Assembly (NCBI GenBank): GCA_026984135.1
Contig: JALSSR010000090.1
Coordinates: 2,451 to 66,450 of the forward strand
DNA: 64,000 nt
From: Bacteroidales bacterium
GTDB taxonomy: Bacteria > Bacteroidota > Bacteroidia > Bacteroidales > JAADJA01
Reading direction: 5' to 3'
Positions 54,591 through 64,000 of the stretch are shown piece after piece. A program made the translations under genes and the position numbers. The stretch's first letter is position 1. Each line of letters starts with the position of its first letter. The notes beneath the pieces are model-generated. The model saw only the letters and a list, made by a program, of their open reading frames with translations. It searched no databases and had not been told where the DNA came from.

Positions 54591-55166
54591 ATGAAATATT
54601 ATGCCGTTTTTATATCATTATTTGTTTTTACACTGGCATCCTATTCTCAGAGTACCGGTGAGAGCGGTATGGAATCATCTTACAAAAACCACTTACAAAT
54701 GGAGCCCGGCTTTCGCTTTTCGGAGAATTACCCTTATCCGGTTTCCGTTATTACCACTTATCAGCGGCAGGTTTTGACAACAAAGGATTTTTCACTTGAT
54801 TTTCTTGTAGGCTCCGGAATTATTAATTCGTATGATTGTCATGCATATTTTTGTCCGGATATCAGGACGGGCATTATGTTTGTTTATCACATAAAAAACC
54901 GTCACAGAATTTACGCAAGTATAATAAATGATTTTTCAAAAGATGTTTACGGTAAAATAAAAGCAGGGTACAGTTTTAATTTTGTTAAAAAGGCTTTTCT
55001 TTCTTTATCTTTTGAAAACTATATTTGGCAATACTCACAAGAACATTACGACGATTATGTTGATGAGAATGGCGATTATATTGAAACGTATAAAGTAACA
55101 TATAATAATTGGTATTGGGATATCACTTTATTTTCCGTACATTTCGGAATAGGATTAAATTTTTAG
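54591..55166 (+). CDS. Small secreted protein, possibly an outer-membrane beta-barrel
   Basis: The signal peptide is MKYYAVFISLFVFTLASYSQ. The body has aromatic-rich alternating strands. The C-terminus is ...VHFGIGLNF. Confidence 0.55.
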   Translation: MKYYAVFISLFVFTLASYSQSTGESGMESSYKNHLQMEPGFRFSENYPYPVSVITTYQRQVLTTKDFSLDFLVGSGIINSYDCHAYFCPDIRTGIMFVYHIKNRHRIYASIINDFSKDVYGKIKAGYSFNFVKKAFLSLSFENYIWQYSQEHYDDYVDENGDYIETYKVTYNNWYWDITLFSVHFGIGLNF

Positions 55167-55167
55167 A

Positions 55168-55778
55168 ATGAGAAATCTTTTTTTTACCATATTGATTTTT
55201 TCACTTTTTATTTCCATTTCTTTTTCACAGGAAATTTCGCAACCTGCAGATACGCTGCAACATAAAAAAACCCAAAAATTGAACATTCCATGGCATTTTT
55301 GCCGGTTATGGGTTTCGATTATACCTTGGCATATCAGCAATCAAAGCATCTCGGATTCGGTTTTTCAGTAAGATACGGGTTGACAGGTGAATTGATAATC
55401 ACCCATCCTTCACTGATAAGTTTTCAACATTGTCAAGAATATGTTATTGACGATTATTCAATCTTTACTTCGCCAAGGGTAAAATCCTATGTTCCTTTAC
55501 TCGGATTATCAATGTTTTACAGAAATTATTTTGTTAAAAACGTGTATATGGATGCAGGGATTATAGCTTCGGTGGGATATTCTTCGGTAGATAGTAAAAC
55601 TATTACGGACTTCACAAAGATTTACGGAGGATATTTATCAATTAACTATGGATTTGATAAGATAAAATTCGGACAGGAATTTCAGATTGCCGCATTTGAC
55701 ACTGATTATATCTCGCCAAATGGCAAAAGGAAACCGCTATTTTTATTCATTCCGTTAATAATTCGTATTAGTTTGTAA
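55168..55778 (+). pseudogene. Small secreted beta-barrel-like protein split by a 1-nt frameshift in an A7 run
   Basis: ORF 55168-55371 carries only the signal peptide (MRNLFFTILIFSLFISISFSQ). ORF 55290-55778 carries the body. The second frame is open from 55266. One extra A in the run at 55264-55270 would fuse them, giving ...LQHKKNPKIEHSMAFLPV.... Confidence 0.6.
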
Positions 55779-55786
55779 ATTTTTTC

Positions 55787-55794
55787 TAAATTTG
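55787..55794 (+). promoter_or_regulatory. -7 box TAAATTTG
   Basis: This is an exact TAnnTTTG match 44 nt upstream of the ATG at 55838. Confidence 0.45.
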
Positions 55795-55837
55795 GCCTCA
55801 ATTTTTAAATTGTTTCATTTTCCAAATTTATCTAATT

Positions 55838-56980
55838 ATGAATTTTGAATTTACCGAAGAGCAGTTGATGATCCGTGATGCTGCCAGAGATTTTGCTCAA
55901 AGAGAATTATTGTCGGATGTTATCGAAAGAGATACAAATGCCATATTCCCTACTAAACATGTTAAGACTATGGCCGAATTGGGGTTTCTGGGAATGATGG
56001 TTGATCCCAAGTATAGCGGAGCCGGGATGGATACCATAGCCTATGTTCTGGCAATGGAAGAGATTTCCAAAGCCGATGCGTCGGCAGCAGTAATAATGTC
56101 GGTAAACAATTCGCTGGTTTGTTACGGTATATCAAAATACTGTAATGAAGCTCAAAAAGAGAAGTACCTTCCACCCCTGGCAACAGGTGAAAAGATTGGA
56201 GCATTTCTGCTTTCGGAGCCGGAGGCGGGCTCCGACGCCACTCACCAGCATACCACCGCTGAAGATAAAGGAGATTATTATCTTGTTAACGGAACTAAAA
56301 ACTGGATTACCAATGCCAATTCGGCTTCAACATATATTGTTATTGCACAAACTCATCCCGAAAAAAGACACCACGGTATAAATGCTTTTCTGATTGAAAA
56401 AGATACTCCGGGAATTTCGCTGGGACCCCACGAAGATAAGATGGGTATGCGTAGCTCCGATACCCATTCGGTTATGTTTACCGATGTTAAAATCCCTAAA
56501 GAGAACAGAATAGGTGAAGATGGCTTCGGGTTTAAGTTTGCTATGAAAGCACTTGAAGCGGGTCGTATTGGAATTGCCGCCCAGGCTCTCGGACTTGCCT
56601 CCGGCGCACTCGAAAGGTCGGTTCAATACTCAAAAGAGAGGAAAGCTTTCGGAACCGAAATAGCAAATCATCAATCCGTTGCATTCAAACTTTCGGATAT
56701 GGCCGTGAAAGTCGAAAATGCCAGAAACCTTTGCCTGAAAGCAGCCTGGCTCAAAGATAACGGAAAACCTTTCGCTCTTGCAAGTTCTATGGCAAAACAA
56801 TATGCAGCCGATATTGCAATGGAAGTTACCACCGAAGCCGTTCAGATACACGGAGGATACGGATATGTTAAGGAATACCACGTCGAAAGACTTATGCGCG
56901 AAGCCAAACTGACACAAATCTATGAAGGTACTTCCGAAATTCAGAAGATCGTTATTTCAAGGTCTTTGCTTAGAGATTAA
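55838..56980 (+). CDS. Short-chain (butyryl-CoA type) acyl-CoA dehydrogenase
   Basis: The 380-aa protein contains FLLSEPEAGSD, NGTKNWITN and QIHGGYGY...RLMREAKLTQIYEGTSEIQ. Confidence 0.88.
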   Translation: MNFEFTEEQLMIRDAARDFAQRELLSDVIERDTNAIFPTKHVKTMAELGFLGMMVDPKYSGAGMDTIAYVLAMEEISKADASAAVIMSVNNSLVCYGISKYCNEAQKEKYLPPLATGEKIGAFLLSEPEAGSDATHQHTTAEDKGDYYLVNGTKNWITNANSASTYIVIAQTHPEKRHHGINAFLIEKDTPGISLGPHEDKMGMRSSDTHSVMFTDVKIPKENRIGEDGFGFKFAMKALEAGRIGIAAQALGLASGALERSVQYSKERKAFGTEIANHQSVAFKLSDMAVKVENARNLCLKAAWLKDNGKPFALASSMAKQYAADIAMEVTTEAVQIHGGYGYVKEYHVERLMREAKLTQIYEGTSEIQKIVISRSLLRD

Positions 56981-57016
56981 TTTTTAAAATTATTGAAAAG
57001 ATATCATTAAAAAGAC

Positions 57017-57024
57017 TATTTTTG
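57017..57024 (+). promoter_or_regulatory. -7 box TATTTTTG ahead of vapB
   Basis: This is an exact TAnnTTTG match 17 nt upstream of the ATG at 57041. Confidence 0.35.
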
Positions 57025-57040
57025 TATCAAACTTGAATAA

Positions 57041-57277
57041 ATGGCTTTTGATACAGTTGAAATAAATAATATTTCGGATTATCAGGAAATAAAAATACCT
57101 GACGGATATAAAATTGAGGATAATAAAGCATATATCAAAAAAGTTGGTAATGTTTTATATATTATTCCTTATCACGATCCCTGGCAGCCTATGATCGAAA
57201 GTCTGGATGGATTTTCCGAGGACTTTATGGAATCGCGCAATCAGCCAAATAATCAAAAGAGAGAAACATTGGATTGA
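57041..57277 (+). CDS. vapB: VapB/VagC (MvpA-like) AbrB-fold type II antitoxin
   Basis: The 78-aa protein has the C-terminal pattern W...FSEDFMESRNQPNNQKRETL, which matches the VagC/MvpA tail (W...ADFM..R.QP..Q.RE). Confidence 0.7.
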   Translation: MAFDTVEINNISDYQEIKIPDGYKIEDNKAYIKKVGNVLYIIPYHDPWQPMIESLDGFSEDFMESRNQPNNQKRETLD

Positions 57278-57296
57278 GGTATCTTTAAGTCTTTCA

Positions 57297-57377
57297 GCTA
57301 TTTTGGTAACAAATAACGTTAAAGAATTTAAGAGAGTTCCTAATTTGGAAATTGAGAATTGGATTAATATTAATTAA
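57297..57377 (+). pseudogene. vapC: 3' remnant (last ~26 codons) of a VapC PIN-domain toxin gene
   Basis: The translation AILVTNNVKEFKRVPNLEIENWININ* matches the VapC/MvpT C-terminus (LIIVTNNTREFERVGGLRTEDW). There is no start codon and no PIN N-terminal region upstream. Confidence 0.65.
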
Positions 57378-57390
57378 AAAATTAACAAAT

Positions 57391-58140
57391 ATGAAAATAC
57401 TGATTTGTATAAGCAATGTACCTGACACCACAACCAAGATCAGATTTGTTGACGACAACACCAAATTTGATGTCAATGGTGTTCAGTGGATAATCAATCC
57501 GTGGGACGAGCTTGCTTTGACACGTGCCCTTGAACTGAAAGAGGCTTCGGGCGGTGCAATTGAGAAAGTTACGGTTATAACCGTAGGACCCAAAAGTGTT
57601 GAGCCTACAATTAGAAAAGCGCTGGCAATAGGTGCCGATGATGCCATTAGGGTTGACGCCGAAACCGAGGATGCCTACGAAGTGGCAAATCTGATTGCGG
57701 AAGCTGTAAAAGATATGGGCTACGATATCATAATCTCCGGAATCGAATCCAGCGATTACAACGGCTCTGCCGTGGGTGGTATGGTTGCCGAATTTCTCGA
57801 ACTACCTTCCGTATCCGCTGTTTCTTCATTAAATATTGAGGACGGCAATGTTGTAATTAAACGTGAAATTGACGGAGGTTCCGAGATTGTTACAACACCG
57901 GTTCCGTTTGTAGCTATCGTTCAAAAAGGTATTGCAATAGAACCCCGTATCCCTTCTATGAGAGGGATTATGATGGCGCGCAAAAAGCCTTTGAATGTTG
58001 TTGAGCCTGCCGCTGCTTCGCCCATGACTGAGTATGTAAATTATGAGTTGCCTCCTGCAAAAGCAGCCTGCAAAATAATTGATGCCGAGAATGTTAAGGA
58101 GCTTGTGACTCTTTTGCACACGGAAGCTAAGGTAATTTAA
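57391..58140 (+). CDS. etfB: Electron transfer flavoprotein, beta subunit
   Basis: I place the start at M14 of the listed ORF (MKILICISNVPDTTTKIRF...INPWDELALTRALELKE). Confidence 0.9.
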   Translation: MKILICISNVPDTTTKIRFVDDNTKFDVNGVQWIINPWDELALTRALELKEASGGAIEKVTVITVGPKSVEPTIRKALAIGADDAIRVDAETEDAYEVANLIAEAVKDMGYDIIISGIESSDYNGSAVGGMVAEFLELPSVSAVSSLNIEDGNVVIKREIDGGSEIVTTPVPFVAIVQKGIAIEPRIPSMRGIMMARKKPLNVVEPAAASPMTEYVNYELPPAKAACKIIDAENVKELVTLLHTEAKVI

Positions 58141-58169
58141 AAGTAATAATAATTAAAATTAAAGAAATC

Positions 58170-59144
58170 ATGTCAGTTTTAATATATACGGAAAATTGGG
58201 ACGGGAAATTCAAAAAATTGAGCTTTGAGCTTGTTTCCTATGCCCGCGAAATTGCAAAAATATTAGGAACCGGAACGGTTGCCCTCTCAATAGGAAATGT
58301 TGATGATGAAGAATTAAAAAAATTAGCTCTTTACGGTGCCGATAAAATCTTAAAAGTTGAAGATGACAGAGTTAAAAACCTTGATAATTCCGTTTATACT
58401 TCCATTATCGCACAAGCAGTGGAAAAAGAGGATGCAAACGTGATTGTCCTGGCACATAATAATGTTGGAAAGGCAATCGCTCCGAGGTTATCGGTAAGAT
58501 TGAAAGCGGCACTTGCATCGGGAGTTACGGCTTTGCCGTCATCAACAGACCCGTTTATTGTTAAGAAAAAGGTTTTTACGGGAAAAGCTTTTGCAAATGT
58601 TAAGTTAAATTCGGATAAAAAAGTTCTTACACTTGCACAAAACTCATTTGGTATTTCCGAAGGTGCAGGTAAGGGTGAAATAGAAACTTTCTCTCCGGAA
58701 TTGGCTGATGGCTACTTTACTACAGAAGTGAAAGATGTAACAAAAGTTACCGGAAAAGTATTACTCACCGATGCCGAGATAGTTGTCTCGGGTGGCCGTG
58801 GAATGAAAGGTCCGGAAAACTGGGGTCCCATTGAAGAACTTGCCGGGCTTCTTGGAGCTGCAACTGCCTGTTCACGACCTGTTTCGGACGAAGGTTGGAG
58901 ACCGCATAGCGAGCATACGGGTCAAACCGGAAAAATAATTGCTCCCAATCTTTATATTGCCGCCGGTATTTCGGGTGCCATTCAGCATCTTGCGGGAGTT
59001 AGCTCCTCAAAAGTTATTGTTGCTATCAATACCGATAAGGATGCCCCCATCTTTGAGGCTGCCGACTACGGTATTGTCGGTGATGCGATGAAAGTTCTTC
59101 CTGCAATGGTTGAGGCTGTTAAAGAGCTTAAAGCGGATGGATAA
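58170..59144 (+). CDS. etfA: Electron transfer flavoprotein, alpha subunit
   Basis: The FAD-binding C-terminus reads VVSGGRGM...CSRPVSDEGW...QTGKIIAPNLYIAAGISGAIQHLAG. Confidence 0.9.
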   Translation: MSVLIYTENWDGKFKKLSFELVSYAREIAKILGTGTVALSIGNVDDEELKKLALYGADKILKVEDDRVKNLDNSVYTSIIAQAVEKEDANVIVLAHNNVGKAIAPRLSVRLKAALASGVTALPSSTDPFIVKKKVFTGKAFANVKLNSDKKVLTLAQNSFGISEGAGKGEIETFSPELADGYFTTEVKDVTKVTGKVLLTDAEIVVSGGRGMKGPENWGPIEELAGLLGAATACSRPVSDEGWRPHSEHTGQTGKIIAPNLYIAAGISGAIQHLAGVSSSKVIVAINTDKDAPIFEAADYGIVGDAMKVLPAMVEAVKELKADG

Positions 59145-59156
59145 TGAAATATTTTT

Positions 59157-59202
59157 CTATGTGGCAAGTGCCTCACGATAAGTGCGGAAGCTTGTCACAT
59201 AG
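59157..59202. terminator. Hairpin between convergent etfA and the TonB-dependent receptor gene
   Basis: CTATGTGGCAAG (59157-59168) pairs with CTTGTCACATAG (59191-59202). The stem is 12 bp with one G-U pair and a 22-nt loop. Confidence 0.5.
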
Positions 59203-59204
59203 AA

Positions 59205-61532
59205 TTAAAAGTAAAAGTTAACCCCCAGGCTCGGCATTATGGGAAGTTGGTAAATCTTTTCTCCCGAAATCCTGTCAACATAGAAAATGTTTTCCCTGTT
59301 TAAAAGGTTTGTTATACTTGCATTGATCTCAAGTTTTGTATGAGCGGAGAAAGTAAATGTTTTTTTAGCTCCAATGTCAAGACGGTAATATGAAGGCAAT
59401 TGTCCGGTATTCAGGTCTCCATACAAGATTCCAAGGTCTTCGTTTGTTGTTGTATAATCTGTATAGATGCCGTTGGGGAATGTATTTTGAGGATAAAATC
59501 CCTGCGTTAGTGTAAAAGGGAATCCCGAACCGTAATTCCACCTTGCATTTACCTCCCAGTCATATTTTGCCCCGATTCTGTAAGAAAAGATCAGGTTGAT
59601 ATTATGCCTTCTGTCGAAATTAGGTCTGTATTCATATAAAGAGCCGTCTTCCTGTTCATACCTTCTCACAACATATCCCAATGAGTAAACAGCCCATACA
59701 TAAAGTCTCTTATAATCATATTTTAAGGTAAAATCAGTACCGGCAGAATACCCGTTTTCAATTATAAAATCTTTTACGTATATATCCTCTGCATCCGGGA
59801 ACTCGTTTTCATCAAATAATTTTTGCCTGTTTATATTTGTCAGTTGCGGGAAATTTTTGAAGTACCCTTCAATATTAATGGTAACACTTCTCGAAATATC
59901 ATATTCCATACCCAAAATAGCATGTTGCGATTTTTGTAACTTGTGGGTCAGTTCTTTACCGTTAAAAGTCTTTGGAATATTTTCAGGACCTGACAGAAAA
60001 CCGTAAAAAAGGTTTACAACATCTCTGTCGGAGGTAGCGGCTATGAGGTTTTGAGAGTAAAGGCCTCCTGCAAATTTCAGGCGAAAGTTATCGGTGACAT
60101 TGTATTTCAGCGCCAGGCGGGGCTCTATGGCACCATTGGATAAGGATGCATACCACTGAAATCGTAAACTCGGCTCTATCAACCATTTCCCGGCTGTCTT
60201 CTTATATTTCACAAAAGCCCCTATCTCCGTAGTATTCTCGGTGTAATTTATTTTTGTTCCAATGGAGTTAAAAAAGAAATAATCGGTTTTAAATCCTGAA
60301 ATCTCCACACCGTACTTTATTGCATCTTTTCCTATGAAGTAACTAAAATCGAAACCAAGGTTAAATCCGTTTATGGAGCTTGTGCGTGCAGGTTTGCCTG
60401 TCTCTTCCAATGATATTTTGTAATCGGAGTAAGCAAGGTGTCCTTCAATCAGAACAGGAGATTTTCCGGGAATGACCAGAAAGTTCATGCCACCGCCGTA
60501 TGATTTCCAATTATAATCGGCTAATGCACGATAATGATCAACCTTATCATTGAAATTAAATCCGAAAATATTTATATTACTTCCGTTGGATCCCGAAAGC
60601 GATATTTTACCGTAAAGGTCGGTATAGTTAAAAGGAAGACCGTCTTTATTTGCATACTCGTAAAAAACCTTTGAACTTTGTTCGAGGTAAGAGTTTTTTG
60701 CAGAAAAGATGAAAGATGAACTTCCTCCCTTGCCTTCTTTCTGTTTACTGATGGGGCCTTCGATCAGTATATTTGCACCAAAGGTGCTCGCACCAACTTT
60801 ACCGGCAAATCGCGTTTTATTTCCGCTTCTTGTCGTGATATCCATTACCGAAGATATCCTTCCGCCGTATTCCGCACCGAAACCGCCGGTATAAACATCG
60901 GCATTCCTAAGTATCTCGGTGTCGAAGACTGAGAAAAGCCCGATAGAGTGAAACGGATTGTAGATAGTCATACCGTCGAGCAGAACTTTGTTTTGTATGG
61001 GAGTGCCTCCGCGAATATATAACTGCCCTCCCTGGTCGCCTGTGAAAATAACTCCTGGAACGACTTGCAGATATTGGGCAAAATCGGGTTGCCCGCCGAC
61101 AGAGGGTAATTGTTTTATCTGTTTCGGCGAAATCTTAATAACGGATGTGTTTGTCTCTGTTCTTGCTTCCTGACGGGAAGCTGACACCTGAACCTGATCC
61201 AGAGTGTATGCCCCCTTATTGAGATATAACTTTTTCGTAACTATTTCATCGGCTTTCAGTGTGATGTCCTGCTTCAATGTGTCGAATCCCAGATAGGTTA
61301 CCATAAGAGTATATTTCCCCGGAGGAATTTTTGATATGGCAAAATAACCGTTGACATCGGTTGCGGCTCCATGGGTTGTTTTATACAAATATACATTTGT
61401 AAATATTACGGCTTCTCCGGTCTCTTTCTCGTAAACAAAACCTCTTACCGTGGCATACTGCGAAAATACACTTTGTAGTGATGATACCGAATAAACTAAT
61501 ATTAGAAATATAAGAAAACGTTTTATTTTCAT
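59205..61532 (-). CDS. TonB-dependent receptor (CarboxypepD_reg-like + plug + 22-strand barrel)
   Basis: A signal peptide is present. The N-terminal region reads VRGFVYEKETGEAVIFTNVYL...GKYTLMVTYLGF. The plug motif is LLDGMTIYNPFH. The terminus is ...SLGVNFYF. The start is ambiguous between M1, M4 and M6 (61547/61538/61532). Confidence 0.88.
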   Translation of the reverse strand: MKIKRFLIFLILVYSVSSLQSVFSQYATVRGFVYEKETGEAVIFTNVYLYKTTHGAATDVNGYFAISKIPPGKYTLMVTYLGFDTLKQDITLKADEIVTKKLYLNKGAYTLDQVQVSASRQEARTETNTSVIKISPKQIKQLPSVGGQPDFAQYLQVVPGVIFTGDQGGQLYIRGGTPIQNKVLLDGMTIYNPFHSIGLFSVFDTEILRNADVYTGGFGAEYGGRISSVMDITTRSGNKTRFAGKVGASTFGANILIEGPISKQKEGKGGSSSFIFSAKNSYLEQSSKVFYEYANKDGLPFNYTDLYGKISLSGSNGSNINIFGFNFNDKVDHYRALADYNWKSYGGGMNFLVIPGKSPVLIEGHLAYSDYKISLEETGKPARTSSINGFNLGFDFSYFIGKDAIKYGVEISGFKTDYFFFNSIGTKINYTENTTEIGAFVKYKKTAGKWLIEPSLRFQWYASLSNGAIEPRLALKYNVTDNFRLKFAGGLYSQNLIAATSDRDVVNLFYGFLSGPENIPKTFNGKELTHKLQKSQHAILGMEYDISRSVTINIEGYFKNFPQLTNINRQKLFDENEFPDAEDIYVKDFIIENGYSAGTDFTLKYDYKRLYVWAVYSLGYVVRRYEQEDGSLYEYRPNFDRRHNINLIFSYRIGAKYDWEVNARWNYGSGFPFTLTQGFYPQNTFPNGIYTDYTTTNEDLGILYGDLNTGQLPSYYRLDIGAKKTFTFSAHTKLEINASITNLLNRENIFYVDRISGEKIYQLPIMPSLGVNFYF

Positions 61533-61626
61533 AAGCATTTCAATCATTGATTAAAACCGAATCTCAATGTAATGACAAAGAAAATACGGTTTTAGTTGTA
61601 ACTAAAATGCAAAGGAATGAAAAATA

Positions 61627-62544
61627 TCAATACCTTATAATTTTCAATCCCGAAACGGCAGCATCAATGTTTATAAATATCTGATTTGTTGTATCCGAGA
61701 AGTTAGGTGTTTGATAAAGGTTTTTATCAATTTTATTGAAATCATCAAAGTCAATTGATGACAAAACTGTTGTAGCTTTAACCTGACAAGCGGATTCGCG
61801 GGGTACTCTGATCTTGATTCCTGCAGCACCTGCATTAATTGTCAAGGTGGTTTTCTTCAGCGTGTTACCAAGTTTCAATTTTATTCCCGAAGCACCTCCG
61901 TCAATATCAATTTTTTCAATTTTGTGCCCTGAAAGGTCAATGTCAAGGGCTGCGGCACCGGCATCAATATCAATATCCCATACGGGTGCGGTATTCAGAG
62001 CAAGCCAGGAGTTGTTGGAATTATCGTCACCTTGAAAATGAGTTGTTGTGTTTTCTATTTTAACATAAGGTATTCCCTTTTTATTTTCGGTTGTTGCTTT
62101 GTAAATGCTGTTTCCTTTGTTTTCAAAATCAAAGAGCTTGCTCGTTGAACCGTTGATCCGGAATTTTCCGGCGGCAGCATCCAACTTAAGTTTTGCCCTT
62201 GTAATATCAGGTGAATAGTCATCGGCAAACTGTTGCTCGTTCATTTCATCTTCCTGCTCATCAACCTCTTCGGTATAGTTGTTATAGTCCCAAAATCTCC
62301 AGTGACTATGTCTGACAGGTGAAGTTACGAGTAAAATAACGGCTACTATCACGGTTAAAATTGTCAAAGACATTTTTACACTATATTTAATAGGCATAAT
62401 AGCTATACCCCAAAATATCAGCAAAAAGGGCCAAAGACTGAAAAATGATCTCCACGAAAAATAAAAGATGTCGAAATTGCGGAGAGCTACAAGACCTCCG
62501 ATAATCATCAACACAACACCCCAAAAAATATCTCTGTTTTTCAT
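61627..62544 (-). CDS. LiaF-like membrane protein (LiaI/LiaF-type TM region + toastrack/DUF2154-like repeat domain)
   Basis: The N-terminus has 3-4 TM helices (IFWGVVLMIIGGLVALRNF...). The C-terminus has beta-solenoid-like repeats (DIDIDAGAAALDIDLSG...IDIDGGASGIKLKLG...INAGAAGIKIRVP). Confidence 0.65.
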   Translation of the reverse strand: MKNRDIFWGVVLMIIGGLVALRNFDIFYFSWRSFFSLWPFLLIFWGIAIMPIKYSVKMSLTILTVIVAVILLVTSPVRHSHWRFWDYNNYTEEVDEQEDEMNEQQFADDYSPDITRAKLKLDAAAGKFRINGSTSKLFDFENKGNSIYKATTENKKGIPYVKIENTTTHFQGDDNSNNSWLALNTAPVWDIDIDAGAAALDIDLSGHKIEKIDIDGGASGIKLKLGNTLKKTTLTINAGAAGIKIRVPRESACQVKATTVLSSIDFDDFNKIDKNLYQTPNFSDTTNQIFINIDAAVSGLKIIRY

Positions 62545-62546
62545 AA

Positions 62547-63020
62547 TTATCTCTGTTTTTGGTTATAACTTTTCATAATCATTATTGCACCAATGGCAAT
62601 GAGAATAATAGGCCACAAATCTCCGAAATCAATATTCGGGACAAATCTGTCAATAAGAAATATGACTCCGAGGGTGATAAGAATCAGACCGCCCCAGATG
62701 TTACCTTCTTTATTACTTTTATCCGGCTTTGGGACTTTCTCGTCACGGTTGTAAACGGTTTCGTTGTTGAAATTTTCATTTTTGGTGTTTTCTGTTTCCA
62801 TATCATTAATATTATATGTGTTAAAGTTTGTTTTTTTTTCTTCAGGCACGGCTATCCATAAAATAATATATACCAAAAGGCCTCCGCCTCCGAAAAGTAT
62901 TGCCAGGACAAATAGAATCCTGAATATTATGGGGTCGGTATTGAAATAGTCGCCAAGACCACCGCAAACACCTGCTATTACCGAGTCGCTTTTACTTCTG
63001 TATAAATATTTTTGCTCCAT
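62547..63020 (-). CDS. PspC domain-containing membrane protein
   Basis: YRSKSDSVIAGVCGGLGDYFNTDPIIFRILFVLAILFGGGGLLVYIILWIAVPE is a canonical PspC domain. Confidence 0.85.
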   Translation of the reverse strand: MEQKYLYRSKSDSVIAGVCGGLGDYFNTDPIIFRILFVLAILFGGGGLLVYIILWIAVPEEKKTNFNTYNINDMETENTKNENFNNETVYNRDEKVPKPDKSNKEGNIWGGLILITLGVIFLIDRFVPNIDFGDLWPIILIAIGAIMIMKSYNQKQR

Positions 63021-63075
63021 TGACAGACAATTTTTATTACATTTAGCACTAATATGACGCCGTACTTTTGATGAG

Positions 63076-63091
63076 GTTACAAGGTTGTAAC
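63076..63091. promoter_or_regulatory. Perfect inverted repeat GTTACAA-GG-TTGTAAC upstream of the pspC/liaF-like pair (candidate operator)
   Basis: The 7-nt arms are exact reverse complements. The repeat lies 56-71 nt upstream of the pspC-domain start codon (63020). Confidence 0.35.
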
Positions 63092-63202
63092 AGACTTTTC
63101 GGGTAACGGCAGAGATTATCCGGCGGGTGTGAAAGTTTTAAATGGAAATTCGGAAATATCGGGTTTGGATGCAGCTCACAAAAGAAATAGTAGTTATAAT
63201 GA

Positions 63203-63238
63203 AACTGATTAGGTTTGCAAAAGCAAACCTAATCAGTT
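63203..63238 (-). terminator. Terminator hairpin downstream of icd
   Basis: AACTGATTAGGTTTGC pairs with GCAAACCTAATCAGTT around an AAAA loop, giving a perfect 16-bp stem. It begins 8 nt after the icd stop. Confidence 0.7.
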
Positions 63239-63245
63239 CTAAAGT

Positions 63246-64000
<755 letters not shown>

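Noticed and set aside
61548-61626. I considered a riboswitch or leader upstream of the TonB-dependent receptor gene.
   Set aside because: The gap is only ~80-95 nt, AT-rich, and contains no recognisable conserved riboswitch core such as cobalamin or TPP. The only hairpin has a 29-nt loop.

Overview
This 64 kb window looks like a Bacteroidota chromosome. The evidence is Por/T9SS C-terminal sorting domains, many TAnnTTTG -7 promoter boxes, a FISUMP domain, an S46 peptidase and the absence of Shine-Dalgarno sequences. I found no rRNA, tRNA, CRISPR array, transposase or integrase.

The first half (1-32000, all on the + strand) is an accessory-looking island of very large secreted or surface proteins:
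- Three tandem paralogous LamG/PKD/CUB-like T9SS cargo proteins.
- Two BNR beta-propeller proteins that carry a PKD-GEVED tail.
- A TPR histidine kinase with a LytTR response regulator.
- A FISUMP protein.
- A 2073-aa beta-helix protein carrying dockerin, cohesin and a T9SS CTD.
- A scaffoldin-like protein with three cohesins.

The three proteins that lack a T9SS CTD share a roughly 224-aa C-terminal module I cannot name. It ends in a dockerin-like pair of Ca-binding loops. I read this region as a candidate cohesin-dockerin surface-assembly system.

The second half is mostly housekeeping:
- An aspA-ansB-porin-gltS operon.
- An HdeD-like protein.
- A frameshifted S46 dipeptidyl-peptidase.
- A mannose-1-P guanylyltransferase and a SprT-like protein.
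- MlaEF and CvpA.
- A Tat-signal threonine-aldolase-like enzyme next to an amidohydrolase/S9 fusion lipoprotein.
- A DUF3857/transglutaminase pair.
- An NMO/FabK-like oxidoreductase.
- acd-etfBA, interrupted by an orphan vapB antitoxin and a vapC 3' remnant.
- A TonB-dependent receptor.
- A PspC/LiaF-like pair.
- The 3' part of a monomeric isocitrate dehydrogenase gene.

Other oddities are a GC-rich 169-bp structured tandem repeat in a 760-bp intergenic region, and two gene disruptions that both sit in A/T homopolymers.

All domain calls come from reading motifs by eye. No searches were run.
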